In this document: positions 12,301-27,300 of the stretch, one piece after another
How the letters are laid out: every line of letters begins with the position of its first letter
Numbering within the stretch: position 1 is the stretch's first letter
Source of the DNA: Dimorphilus gyrociliatus
Taxonomy: Eukaryota > Animalia > Annelida
Reading direction: 5' to 3'
DNA length: 64,000 nt
Assembly: GCA_904063045.1 (NCBI GenBank)
Contig: CAJFCJ010000015.1
Span: 995,923 to 1,059,922, forward strand
Notes under the pieces: model-generated
What the model saw: the letters and a program-made list of their open reading frames with translations, nothing else
Told to the model about the DNA's origin: nothing
Database searches by the model: none
Position numbers and translations under genes: made by a program

Positions 12301-15300
12301 GAATGCTACGTCGTTCATTTTTCTAGATAGTTCAGTATATAATGGCATATCTCTTGGGAAATACCACTTTCCAGTACTACCAAATCCTGTTGTGATTCCA
12401 ACTGATCTTATGGTTTGTTGTCTGTGATTGAACCAAGTTATTATAGTTTTTTTGAAAACTTCTGTTCCTTCGCCCACTTGAACTATGTTATCTCTCCAAG
12501 ATATCCAAAAAGCTTTGGGCGTGGTTTCATTTAATATTCTCGGGGTTTGTTTAGATCTAACAGCTGGTTGCATTATTCCCGGTCTTATCTCTGTTTTTGT
12601 ATTCTTTGCTCCGCCTATTAAGATTTCATATGCTGCGATCTCGTAGTCTCCGGGTATTGATGTTAAAGCTAGGAATGCATCATTTTTAGCCTGGACAAAG
12701 AAAGTGATATATTCTTCAGACACGGTAAAACTACTTTTTCCGTAAAGATAAATGTTGGGACTTTGAAGCTCAAGATATTCACCCTCTGGTAGAATAGGCG
12801 TTACTGGAGGTAAAGTTGGAGGAAGTTGAGAAGTAGAATTTTCGAATAAAAATTCCCATGACGCATCAACATTGCTAATCATCGAGAGACCGTTAACGTT
12901 CGCCTGTTCACCTAAAAATGCTTCAATAACCTTATTATCTCCAGGTTCTTCGCTTCTGCCTAATCTTATATTGGCCCCATCCCATGATATCCAAATAGGT
13001 ATAAATTGATCGCATTCTAAGAACCTTTCATAATTCACTGATTTAATTAGAGTAAGATCTTTGAAAACTTGAACTTGATTATCATAGCCCATTCTCACTG
13101 AATAAGTCAGGGTTTTTGTTTCACCTGGAATAGTTGACAAAGATATTTGAGCTTCCGAACAAGCTTTTACACCAAATTGTACGAGTTCTCTGGCTACTCT
13201 TGTTACACCAACATACTTTACAAGTTCATTCTTCTTTGTGCTTGTTTGCATCCATCGAATGTCATCTTGAGCTATTTGCCATCTTCCATCGTTACCAAAT
13301 CCAGCTGAGAAGGATATGTATGGTATGTTAAGAGAGGCGTTAACGTTATGTGCCATAAAAGGTTCAGAATTATTTTTATAGCTTCCAGCTCCAACTGATA
13401 GTTCGGAGTTAGAGAATTTTATCCAAAATTTCCTCATTTCATAACAATTTACTATATTTCTAGTTCTTACATGAACAGCTGTTGAGCCCTGACGCCTTCT
13501 TCTAATTTCTGAGAATGTATTTCGCCCACCACCCAATACTATTTCGTACGTGTTTTTATTCGTTACACCTGCTTCCTGACTGAGAGCGATGTGGGCATCG
13601 TGACAAATTTGAACTCCAAATTCTACATACTCCTTTTGCGGCATGAACCATGTCTTATCATAATTGTATACGTTCGGAGTGAAAACATCAACAACTTCAC
13701 CGTAATCTGGACGAATTATTTTCCAGCTGTTATCTATAGGTTTATCTTTTCCAGCTCCCAATGCTATTCCATTTATTGGAATTATATCATCTTTATCTCT
13801 TTTCCAAGAGATAAGTTGATAATTTCCAATTGAAGTACCAAAACCTAACGAAAGATTTTCATCAACCCAGCTCAACCAGAATGAAGTTTCAGTTAAAGAA
13901 TTTAATGGATTATTGAAAAATCTTGTCTCCTTTATTTCATTTTTATACGCAATTTCTATTTTACGATTACTGTCAGCTCCAATGGTGATAGTATAATCCC
14001 TTTCTTTTATATTGCCAATAATTGATGCTAAATTCAACTTTGCATATTCATTAGCCTTTACCGAAAAGTAATAGGAATCGTATGTTGTTACCCCTAACCA
14101 AATACTACCAAAAATTCGATTTTTCCCACCGTACGCCATTAAAAAATTAACTATTTTGAATGAAGGAAAAGCATTATTTAACTCTAAAAATACACAGTAT
14201 ATTGCAAAATTATTACCGTCGGATGGAAATATTAGCCATCTGGAAGCGTAGGTTTCATATATAGTTTTCAAAATATATCCAGTTGCATCCTCAAGACCGA
14301 ATAAGGTTTTTGCTATTTCATTCTCGTACGGTTCTCCACTGCCCAATCTTATAGAATCTTTATCCCAAGACATCCAGAATGTTTTATATCTATTTAAGGC
14401 AATAAGTCCTGGAATATTAGCCGTAACGTTGGTAACACCATGAACTTTAATGATTAAGTTATCACTGTTGCTATTTCCAATAATTGCTTGAGCCAAAGAT
14501 TGTGTACTGTCCGAAATATTTACTAATTCTATACTCGCTCCTAAATCGGCCTCAAGTTGAAAGATAAGCAAATTTTTATTAAACGGAACAATTAATGGAC
14601 CGTCGTTGTCATTCGTAGTTTGTATTCTATGAACTTCGCCTAAATATTATTAAAAGTTTGCTTTTTAAAATAGGATTAATTAGTTAAGATAAGATAAAGA
14701 TTTTACTGTTAAATTGCATCCATTTAAAGGTGTAACTTGTTGGAGAAGCAAATCTTAGAGCTTTAATGTCCATATTTTCAGTTGAACGAAATTCTATAAC
14801 TCTGAATTGAATGTAAAATTCTAATTATTTGAATAATAGTAGTGTTTTTAATAAAGTTACCTTTGTTGTGATACAATTGTTCCTTTTCCAAAGGAGATAG
14901 CGTTGTACTTCCATTCCAACCAGAAATAACGCATTTCATTGCAATCAAGAATACGAGGCGTTGATTGACTAGCAATTGTTGTACTTTTATCGCTGTGCCG
15001 AAGGAATATTGTATATCGATTGGAAGATGTACCTATTCTCAATTCGTAAGTCTGATATCGTAAAATTCCGACAAAAGGTGCAAATATGATGCTAACTCGG
15101 TTACAACTTTTTAATCCAAATACCAATTTAGTCATTGTTGATGGAGTGAACCAACTACCTAAGTCCTTCTCTGCTGTAGATAAATCCCTTTTAAACGTTA
15201 TTTCCTGAGCTACTGTTCGCTGTAATTGATAAAATGATATTCTATCCGACTGATCTGAACGTAATTGTGAAAAGAATATTGGTAAAGGAGAAGAATCTTT

Positions 15301-18300
15301 CACTTCAATGAAAATTGTATCGCCATGTTGTTTCATTGAGGATGAGATAATAAATAATCCATCTTTCCAAGATACAAAAAATGATCTTGCTGTGGAGCAG
15401 GTGACGAGATTATCAACTACAGTCTCATCTAATAGTTCCAATTTTTGCGATTTCCTTTTATACAATCGGAGTAGTCCATCTCCCTCCATGTTGATATTTA
15501 TTTGATAATTTGGTACACTAAATTCGTCAGATTCATGTAAATTCAGAACGCCACCTCTACAAGATAGAAGCTTAAAGTCCATCGAAAGCCTATGAGGTGG
15601 TATAGCTATGTTTATAGTTGTACGATCGTTTGACGGACCAATTGTATTTGGGAATGTAAACTCATCGCCTAAAAGTAAGAGAATAGTTAGAATTTTATCA
15701 AAAAAATTGAAATTATACCTTCAAAATCCATAAATCTCCATATTATTGTATCAACAGGGGCTGCTAGCGTACCAGATGTAACCGACAAATATCGTATAGT
15801 ATCTTTTTGCCGTCTATTGGCTTTTACAAGAGTATTTGCTCCTATGATATCTCCTCTTCCAACAAGAATTTCATGTTTTGACCAGCTAACGTAAAAACGC
15901 CTTGTTAAATTACAATTAAGAAGATCTTCTTTAAATTCTGCTTCTCCTATTATACTATTTTGCTCTTTTACATAGATTTTTCTATTACCATCATCACCTA
16001 AAATAACTGTAAATCCAGTTGTAACAACTCCTTGTAATATGGTCGAATAAAAGCCCATACGAGCATCAGCGCAAGCTATGACATCAAATACCATAGATCT
16101 TCTTTTCTCGATATTCCAACGTAAAACTTGCCAAATAGTCGAAGAAGTTGTTTTAACTTGATGAACCACTCCCTGAGATTTTGAATATCTCCATTGTGCA
16201 TCTTCGTCCGATCCTATTCGGATAAAATTCATTTCTACGTATTTCATTTTCTCTTTTAGAATGATTTGATTAGACTGTTGTGCTTTAAGAATTAACTCCT
16301 GAGTTATTGGCTTATACTGAATAATTAGGGTTCTAAACTCCCTACAATTGATAACATTTGAAATTGATTTAGTTTTGTTAGCCTCTCGATCTCTGAACAC
16401 TACTTTATCATTCATGATTATAACTTGAGTAGCTTTTTTTAATTCGTTTAGAAGAGGATCATCTGTTATCGCAATTCGAACTGTTTTACAGCTTCTAACC
16501 GAAAATTCAACTTCATTTCTAATAGTACTGAACCAGATATCATGATATGAATTTCTATCGCCTAGATCTCTGTGCGAATATATTTCCATGATATCTTCCT
16601 CCTGTTCGTCAAATTTCCAAGATATCTCTTCCGGACTATCAAAACTGGCTGCCGTTATCCGTGTAATGTTTATATGTCTTGTATTTAATAAGGTTTCATA
16701 ACCTGGATCAGGCCCCAGTCCAAGTGCAACATACCTCCTTCTCCAACTTAACCAGAAAGTTTTCCAAGCAGAACACTGAAGGACATTACCTACCTCTCTT
16801 CTAAGAATAATCGCTCCATTAACTCCTGATCTTATTTCCGAGTTCCCTCCAGAAGTTATCACAATTTCTATCGCTTGATCATTTGCAACTGCGAATTCAC
16901 TCAGGACAATTGAAAATCTTTTACAAGTTCGAATAGTAAAGACAATATCTTTCTTTCCAATCAGGTTTTTCCATATTTTATCATATACTACTGGACTTTC
17001 CTTATTGAAAATATCCAAAGCTGGAACTGTTGGAAAAAGTCTTAGACTATTCAAAATTTTCTATGAATAAATTACCATAATTTACAGGTAAACGAATTTC
17101 ATTTAACGAAGCATTGGTCGGTGCATCACTGGCGAAGGAAATTGAGTTTACAGATACCGAACTTCTTGCAACTTTTATAGCTTCATTGTTTGGATAAGCA
17201 CCTGTTATAGATTATGTTGGAATAAGGGAACAATAACGTTAAATTATTAATGAAAAGATAATAGTATTAATAGATAATAATTGAATAGGCAATATTTTTA
17301 ACCTGAGCCCACTCGAAGATGGGAATCACTCCATGATACCCAAAATTTTCTTAATGTTTGAGGCGATAAAATAGATGATTTAAAACTTTGTAGACCTAGA
17401 TATTGCGACGATCCAGCCAATTTTATCCCTATTATAAAGATGAGTATGAATTATTTGAGAGTTTTTGTCTATATAGTTTTCCAACCTATAGAATTATTTC
17501 CCAATGGAGAGAATACAATTTCATAGCTATTATTTAACTTTTTTAGTGGTCCCAAATGAAGTGGTTGAGGTTCGTATGGTAAAAGCATAACTTTTGAGCC
17601 TGACATGGATCTAATTGAAAATTCTATGTGAGTTTTCACAATATGAGTGATTAAGGAATGCCGATATTCATTATCATTAGGATTTCTTATAGTATAGTCT
17701 TGATCTGAAATAATTCATTTTTATTAATTTAAATTCATTGATTTTCAAATCAACTTGAAATAAATACTTAAATCATTAGGAATAGTCCATAATCCGGTTG
17801 TATCCTTTGTTGCCAAACCAAACCCAACTACACTGGCGGTGTCACCTTTATCATGAATTAAAAGAACTTTTTGCCCAATTTTGTAGCCTTTTCCAATTGT
17901 TACCGTTCCTTTTTCCCATCTGATAATAATGAATATAGATAATTCGTTTAAATGATAATTAATGAGCAAACCTGAACCAGAAGTATTCAGTCTTATTTTC
18001 AGAAATTAAATGTCTTTCCGTGGTATTTACTGTAATTCCTGTTCTTTTATCTTCTATGGAAACTAGATTTGAATCTTTAACATTTATCCCAATTTCAAAT
18101 AAAACAGACTGAGATGTCCATTCATCGGTCAGAAGAATAAAAGCATCTTTACTGGCTTGAACTCCAATTACAGACTCCCTTGTGTCATAGACAGATTGTT
18201 GAAATACGTTTCGTTGAAAGTTTGTATTGGTCATCTTTTTAAATGATCTTGCTGAATTTGCTAATACTCTCCAAATTCCTTTTCCATCAGATATTTCCTT

Positions 18301-21300
18301 TCCATATAATTGAAAGAAGTTTAAACTTTTGAAAAACGGATGCAGTCTTTCAAATATTTCTTCCTCTCCAACGTCAACTCCTTTCCCCATTCTGAGATAG
18401 CCAGTATAATCAGATCCGTTTTTAGTCGAACCCCAAGTTATCTATTTCAAATAGAGACAAATTGATGAGTATGGTTTAGGAATCTTTTACCAATAATACA
18501 AAAATAACTTACCCAAAATTTCTTGCTTATGTCACAATCCAACAGGTTACCAGTTGTAATATCTTCACGTTTACCGTTATTATTTGTGCGTATTTCAATT
18601 CTAGCCTTATCGGGAAGGTAGTCCAGGGTTATTTCTGCATATTCTTGTCTTTGAAAACCATCTGATACTCTGGCCATTTCAATAATGGCTTTCATGCAAG
18701 CTTGAACCTCAAATACGAGGGAATTTTGATCAGTAAATACGGCCAAGCCATTTTCTCTTCCATTCGAGGTAATTGCATAGATTTGGTTGTCTAACATAAT
18801 GAAACAGAGATAGAGAGTGAAAGAGAGAGAGAGTGTGTGTGTGTTTGTGTGTGTGGGTGTGAAGAGATGTTATATTTGTAATTTTACTGTATCTTTAAGC
18901 TATTAATATACCTTGCATTATATTTGGTAGTGGTGCTGTAAAAAATGATAGAAAAGTGAAGTTTTAAAAGTCAAATTTGTATTAAAATTTAATGACTCTT
19001 ACGTAATGTTGGGATGGGAGAATTATCAACTGGTACTGTAAATATAAAGGAAAATATATGCTTAGGCAAAATGAAAAAGAATGACCAATTTACCAGAGCT
19101 ATTACCAAAATACCATGTTGCATTTGTGGATGAAGAATGAAAAGAGATGGCGTTAACGGCATTTGCATTGTTAATACTGCAATTTAATATCGTATTTTCT
19201 CCTGTTACTTCACCAACTCCCACTGGAAATATATGAGATAGAAGAATGAAAAGGAAGAATCAATAGCAATAATCTATATATCTATATTTATATATTATAT
19301 TATTATACATGATAATTCTTTATGATGCCATTCAAACCAGAAACTTCTTATTTTGTTTTCATCCAAAAGTGGAGGTGTATCCTTAATGCATAGTAATTTT
19401 TCGAATGGGCTTTTAATCATCCTCTGAAAGACTTCTATCTTACTCTCTTCATCTCTTGTAATTGATATCTGTTTGAATAATTACAAGTGCAAATGTTCAC
19501 GAAACTATAATTAATATTTATACTCTATACGATAAATCTTCGTAAAAGTTTGGAATGTTGGTTGCAAAAAGATTAATAGATTTTGATGTTTGTACGTAGA
19601 AGACGATACTATTTTTTCCCAATGTACTAATCCATACTTGACCTAATCTATTATTATCGCCAACAGTATTTACACGAGCAGCAGTTTCTGTTTGAAAAGG
19701 GAGGAAAAAAAGAAGTTTTAATCCTATAATAGTCTTTTAAAGTATATTAACCTCCATCCCAGCTTATAGAATATATAGCTCTTTTATCTCTTACACCAAA
19801 TGATACTGATTTAAATTCACTGCGATCCTTAACTTTACTAAGAAATATCATCTTATCTCCTTTGAATATAGTAGTCTCATTTCCATTATTTTCAATATAA
19901 AAGAGACGATCAATTTCACAATCGAGTATTTTTGGAGTTGTTTCTACTTTTCTTTCAATTGTTGATTGTAAGGAAGTTTTGGTGTTTTTTTCAATTCCTA
20001 AATTGGCTTCGAAAGTTGAATTTTCAATCTCAAAATTTGAATACATTCGTATATTTGCATCGTTGCATGCTCTTACGCCAAATTTTACTTTTGATTCTGT
20101 TACGTTCATTCGAATAAAATCAGATTTATCTGAATCAACTGGAGCGATATTTAAAGTGTTGCCGAATGAATTGACAATTTCGTAGTCTATTTTATCTTTT
20201 TTGTTGGCGAAACCTAAAGAATGGATTGGTATTTCGTGATTATTAGCCTCTAATATTAAATTCTTTCCAATTTCTCCTCCTTGACCAACGCCAAAATACT
20301 TTGAATCATTCCATTCAATCCAAAATGTTCTATAATCAGCACAGAATAGTAAAGATTTTTTTGAAGAAGATGCTATTGCCGTACTGTTATCTACACGAAA
20401 TAACTTCGCCTCATTGGAGGAAGAGGTACCAATTTCTAATCTCAGAGAATTTTTAAAATGGATTCTATCTTCTTGACTCAAGTACAAGATAACACCAGTG
20501 CACGCTTTAACAGAAAATACAAAGTTCCGTCTTTCATTTACCATTATCCATGTCCAGGAATAAAATCTCTGATGAGCAGAAAATGATATTAATTGAACAT
20601 TGTTGTATGTATATTGCCAATAGGATGAAACAGAATTTTTTGAATGAATCCTTAATAGAAGAGATCGATGATTTCTATTTAAATCAGACTTCCATGATAC
20701 CAAAACTTTATTTTTATTTGTCTGTCCTAATTCAATTAAACCACCTCTCCATGACAGCCAAAATGCATCTAGACGTTCACATTTGAGGATATTCGGCGTT
20801 ACAGTTCTATTCATTACTTCTCCTCCAACAGTTCTCCTTATTTCAGTATTTAGATTATCATTCGTTCCTATTCGAATTTCAATGTTATCATCTGACAAAT
20901 CTCCCCTTGTTAATATGATGGAGACATCATCACAAGCTGCTACGTCAAATCTCCAAATATCTTGATTTTCATTGAGAACAATTCTATTGCCTTTATCTCG
21001 GGATTCAACATATCCATGAACTGTATTAACTCCTGCCTTACTGAATATGAAGAGTCCATTCTTCGAATAAGCAGACACCTCTGTTACAAGTAAAGGATTA
21101 GAATCTTGCCAGTAAATTAACGGTATCGTCTTTGAAATTCCAACTTGTATAAGACCATTTTCCCAACCAATAGTAATATCTCTATATCGATTCGATGAAA
21201 CAAACGAAAATGGACCAAATCGTTTTAGTTGTTCATTTTTATAAATTTCAACACGAAAACGCTGAAATCGGATTCTATACGAAGATGATTTCAATAAAGA

Positions 21301-24300
21301 TGGAATATGTGAAAGGATAACATTAAATTCCTCGCCAGATTGTACCTTCAACTCTATAAAATTCTCTCCAGGTACAGAAATTGAGAAGGTCTTTTTTTTC
21401 TTTATTCTAGCTATCACTTTATAAACTAACGACCTCATTACACTATAAATTCCATCATTCGCCGATTCAAATTTTATAATATCCAATGATTTTTTTGTCC
21501 AAGTAGCTGTTAGGACAACTTGTTGTAAGACAACTGTTCCTCTTCCAATTGCCAGCTGCGATCCCGACCAATCAAGCCATATTGGAGCCGGCTCAGAACA
21601 CGATAGTAAACCAGGATAGTCTCTAGTCGTTGTTGTTATCGACTGTCCGTTAATAGTAACATCATATTGGGTTATTTTAAACTGTGATAAAAAAGAAAAA
21701 GAGTTTCAATGCGAATGCTTGACTACTATTAGAAAATGATAACGAACAATAACTTTAAACTCTTCCTCATCAATTGATCTTAGCTTTATCTCTAAATCAG
21801 AGCATGAACGTATAACAAGAACAATATTCTTTCTTAGCGGGTAGAGTGCCTCTGTATTTTGAAAGCTAAGTTTTATCATCTTTCCTACATCTCTAAATGT
21901 TAGCCAATCGGCTTGATTTAGAGAAGAAAATGAAAGTTCCGTTATAGTATGACTGTTTGATTCGTTGGATGACCATTCATCAATTATAGACTTATCTAAA
22001 ATAAGACCGCGTCCAAAGCCTAAGGTCTGTTGTCTTAGCCAATTTATCCAGAGAGGAGTGAACTTATTACTGCTTAAAATATTCTTAGTAGAGATATTAC
22101 TCAGAATAGAGTGATCCTTCAACAGCTTTAAAATTGTTCGCGTATTGTTTTCAGCTCCAAATGTCAATTCATAGTCATTCTGTCTACTAAAGTTGCGAGC
22201 AGGCGATAGTAAGACAGTAGCATCACTTTCGGATTGTACCTCAAAAGTTAATGCTGATTCTCTTGGACGAATCCAAATATTATCATACAATTTAGAATCC
22301 ACAGCCTTTACAGTCTTAAAAATAGAGCTCCTAACTGAAAAAAGGTAAAATATAAATAATCTATTAAGCTTTACACATTAAATTCTATTCTATTACATAA
22401 ATTGTAAGGTATAAACCATTCTCCTCTATTTAATTCTGTTCTAAAAGAAATCAGATCCAAATCAGTCTCTGTCTTCATATTATAAGCCATTATAGTCATT
22501 TGATTGAAATCACTTCCAAATCCAAATTCAATCATTTTCGAATTCCACTGAATCCAAAATTGAACAAATCTAAATGAATCTATAATTCTACCGGTGTTTT
22601 TAGAATCTGGATCTTGTCCAACTTCTCCTATTGTACATATTCTATTATTTACGCTTATACCAATTTGAACGGAGTGAGCTTTTCCCGGATCGCCTGGAGT
22701 ATCTTCGGATAGATTTATGAAAGCATTAGCTTCAGCTCTAATACGAAATATCAGTTGATTTGAATCACTCGGCAATCTAAAGAAGTTGTCTTTAAAAGTG
22801 GTTCTTGAATGAGTGATATATTTGTACATAGGTGTTTCTATTAGGATTATAGATTATTATATCAAAATTTGTGCTTGAGTTAAATATATTCATTATTATG
22901 TACCTGAATATGTTTTAATATGCCATTCTCCGTAGGGAACTTTATCAGTCGACATTCCAACATTTCTCACTTCCGTTGAATCCGGTATATGGGATATATC
23001 GTGAGCCAAAAGAAAACTTTCTTCCAGAACATATCCTTTCCCTAAACGTACTAGTCCGTTATTCCAATGAATCCAGAATGCACTCGGATTTAAACATACT
23101 AATATATCATCAGGAACTACGATACTAGTAACATTTCTCCGACCTACATCACCTATTTCAATGAGAGTATCATTTTTTTCCCTTTTACCAATTATAATTG
23201 CAATAGAATTTGGGGATACAGTTCTTGGAAAAGGTGATAAAATAAGTCTAACATTTCCACAAGCTAGAACGGAGAAGGAAAGTTGTTCGTTTGCTGCTAT
23301 CCAATAATCTTTTATATGATTTTTAGTTCTTGTTTCAAATTGAAAATCAGTTAAAAGTGTTTTGGAGAAGATATATAATATATCGAAAGTCTGACCCGCT
23401 GTTCGAGCTCCGATGCTAACTTCCTTCCAAGAGGCTCCTGCTCCTTGTTCATGTAACCTTAAAATTTCATTTTTTAGCACTTCTTCACCTCTTCCCATAA
23501 TAAAAGTCCCATTTAAAAGATGAACCCAGTACCTATGTTTTTAAAATAAGGTAAAGGAATAATTTTTTGTAAGAAAAAGAAAGAGTCTCATACGATCTTA
23601 GAGAATAGCAACTGAGCACTGAGCTAATGGAAGTATTAACGTTCTTAACAACACCACCTCCAATAGAGTTCATAAGATCAATGCGCACTTTTTCTGTATC
23701 ACCTTCAGGAGCTAAATTGATCTATATTGAAAAAAAATAGAATTTATTAATAATACCAAAGATAATCTTTTATAATTCTCTTCCTCGGACCTTGTGTACT
23801 CCGTAAGTTCCTGAATTAGGATATGCTTTAAATTCGATAGTTGCATCAGAGCAACCTAAAACTTTCCAGATAAATCCTGCATTTAAACCAGTCAAACCAT
23901 AAGGTGCTCTTGAAGATGACGACCTTTCTCTCGTAGATATCATAAGATCTCCATCTGTAAAATATAGTATTAGAGAAATTATGCTACAGAGAATCAACCT
24001 ACCATTGTAGTTTGTAAACCTCCATCTACTTGTTGCCTTACTGTAGAAGTTAAAAGAATGAAATCTGGAAAATTGCGGTATTTGAGCGATATCAGTTGTT
24101 AAAATCACTCCATCACCGACAATGCTTCCACGACCAAATCTTAAAACTTTGTTATACCATGATATCCACATATACTTTAAAGGATATCTATACGCATAGA
24201 GATTTATTCGCGCACTTGCTACGATTTCGTCCTGAAAGTTGACTTGAACAGTCTCTTTCGATATGTTGAATCGATAACTGAGAGGGCCATTTGCAGTATC

Positions 24301-27300
24301 AGTCGTAAGACGGACATACGCTTCATTCGGAAGTTGAAAATTTACGGCAAAGATCAAAAAGGATCTATGATTTTCATATATTGTGGAAGTGACTCCATCC
24401 TTGGATAAGAATTCAACATCCATAACTGAAAAAATTTGTATGAAATAAATAAAGAACCAAAGAACTAATGTTCTTACTAGATGAGCGTTGAAATCTCCAT
24501 TTAGCTAAACTACTACTACGTAATTCGATCCCTTTTAGTTCGTAAGGAAGTCTAGCATTCAAATTAATTAGTATATCCTGTCCAATGATTCTTCCTCGTC
24601 CTATCATTATACTTGACAACTGTTCATGTTTTATCCAGAAATTCAGTGAATTAGTACAACTAAACATATTAGATTCGTTGTAGGTTTTGTTGTTTAGTTC
24701 GCATCCAGGACAAATTATTTCAATAAAATCCATATTAAATATGATTTTTACATAGTCGCGCTCTAAAAATTTAGGAAAACGAGCCAAAATCATTTCTGTT
24801 TGATTGCACGACATTATAGATCCATAGAAAGCATTTGAAACCATAGAAACATTTGTGTACATTGACGATTTGGTCTCAAGAAGGATTGTATTTTCATCTG
24901 GTTTAAATATTGGACTCTCTGTTGTTGGGATATCTGAGGGTTTTGTCACGGTGTTTGGATTCGGAGTGGTTCTAGGTGTAGTAGATATGGATGGGGGCAG
25001 TTGGTCATTATGAAACCGCCATTGGGCGAATCCAGATATTCCAATAGAGTTCATGAAAAATGCATCCTTATCTTCAAGTGTTACCGATATAATTTCCTGA
25101 TTTGTATCCATTCGACGGAGTAAAATTCGTTTATCATCAGTTGTTAGTAGGAATCTTCTCATCTGACTCGGGCTTATAACATTTGATTGGGGAAATGTTC
25201 TATTAAAAGACTTGCCGTCAGCTTGTGTATAAATAAACTTGGATTCCTTATTTTGATTTGCTCCCAGGATAATTTTAATAAATGGTGGCCTATCGGAGAG
25301 TGGTGTACTGGTCAGAATCATGAATATCTCTCGACCGGATCTTACGCTAAATTCTTGACTATTCGAAGATCTATAACCAATCCAGGTCAGTATTTTATTA
25401 ACATAAGATCTCGAGAAAAATTCAGCAGCTATAGAGAAAAAATGAAAAATACTGTTATCTTCTCCTAGTTATTGTCTTTATATATGGAAATAGATAATAT
25501 ACCATTTTCCTTTGGCACTCGCCAATCTGTCTTATTCCCGTTAAATCTAGCATGGCTAAAAGCAGTCATACTATCTTTTATAGTCAATATTTCTTGACCA
25601 TCCGAATATTTTCCCGTACCTATGCTTAATATCTCTTTATCCCATATTATCCAAAATGGTCTAAGGATATAAGGATGTAGGCTAAATGGAATATTCTTTT
25701 TAAAAAAAAAATAAACATAAATATTTATCATCAATGAAAAATCTTAATGTATATAATAGGAAATGAAAGGATATTTACCTCGGATTTAGTAACATTGCTA
25801 CCGCTCGTTACAATTAACTGATACTTTTCGAATCGAATGTCGTAGCTCTTGTCAGATTGAATTCTTTCATTTTTTAGATTAATAACTGCAGCTTCTTCCG
25901 ATGAGACTTCAAATTGTAAAAGGTCAGTATTTTTGGGGAAAATTATGCCTGCATATTCAAAATTTTGATGCTCTGCTGTTATTAGGTAGGATGTTCCGTC
26001 TTCGTTGACATAATCTACGATTGCTCTGGCATTTTCAAAAGTACTTACAGTTACCGATGATATGTCTACTATCGATGCATCAGTCCACTTTACCAGGACA
26101 TGTTCATGGCGAACTCCTCCGGTCCCAACCGCAACTAGGTTACTCCTATCCCAAGCTATCCATAAACTCCTTGGCCACTTGTTACTTAGTACACTTGTTA
26201 TATTACTGCTAGCTTTTATATGGCCCCATAAACCTTCCCTATTATCGGCAAAATCAAATACATGATTTAAATTGAATTGATTAAACAACAGTAACTACCT
26301 GATTGATATCTTAGTTTTCAATATTTCAATATGATAGGCATTTCTATCATAAATTCGCGACGTTTCGGCAAGTAGAATATGAAGTTTGTGTTCACTAATT
26401 ACATTCAAAACTACAAATTTCTCTTTAACAGGAACCCATAAATCTCTTAAATTCATATTTGGCTTAGTTAATTGTTGGAGATGATTGGCTGTTTGAATAA
26501 GATATCTTTTCAAATTCTGTATAATTTAGTAAGAAAGAAAACAAACATTGTTGTTGATCAAACAACCATCGTCCTTGATCTGCTTGAGAAGAGGATTGCA
26601 ATGCAAAAGCAGTATAATTTGTTATGCTTGCTGTAATATCATCCAAAATTCTTAAGAATGGCTCTCCAATACCAATTTTTAAAACATCAGATTCCCATTC
26701 TATCCAGAACTGTTGCTGAACATTGCAACTTAAAAAGATATTTGAACTGATAAAATAAGGATTTTGCTGGTCTGATAAGCGTACGATAATATTATCAGTA
26801 TTTCCAACACCTAATAAAATAATTGATTATATTTGAATAGATTAATTACTAAGCTTACTAAATTCAATACTATCCGAATTCGTATTTAATGGAGGTGACC
26901 GCAAAAGTAGTAGTTTAACGCTTTGACAAACCATCAAAGAAAATGTTATATAGTTCCTTTGTCTGGGATCTAGGTATACAACGTTTGAATTGTTTGAAGG
27001 TACACCAGTCCAGAGGGAGTAGTAGGGATCTAAGTATATTTATAATGTATTATTAATTAAATAGTCATTGTTTCTTGATTAGATATTTAATTTACTTCTA
27101 TAGCCATTCAATTTCCATTGAACTGTATTGTCGTATATACCAGAGGCGAGTCCAATACCTCTTATACCATTCCATAATTGTTTCTTATCGGGCTCGTAAT
27201 GAGCTAAAACCACACTACCAACAGATCTGCCTTTTCCGAATAGAATTATTTCAGAGTCGTCTTCTTTTTTCTTCTGTTGGATTGTAATCGATACTTAAAT

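Noticed and set aside
13488-13512. EIRRRRQG as a furin cleavage site
   Set aside because: It lies at the conserved (S/T)xIRR strand of the domain, so it is more likely structural; cannot be supported without data.
18800-19750. Possible split of the giant gene into two genes at the ORF gap near 19 kb
   Set aside because: The gap is bridged in frame by short exons and two microexons with canonical splice sites; no stop/polyA or new signal peptide was found there.
20899-20907. RGD motif (TRGDL) in one domain
   Set aside because: About one RGD is expected by chance in a 7,500-aa protein and it is not repeated in other domains.
11750-26265. Numerous short plus-strand ORFs inside the giant gene
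   Set aside because: Antisense to well-supported coding exons; no motifs or splice support.
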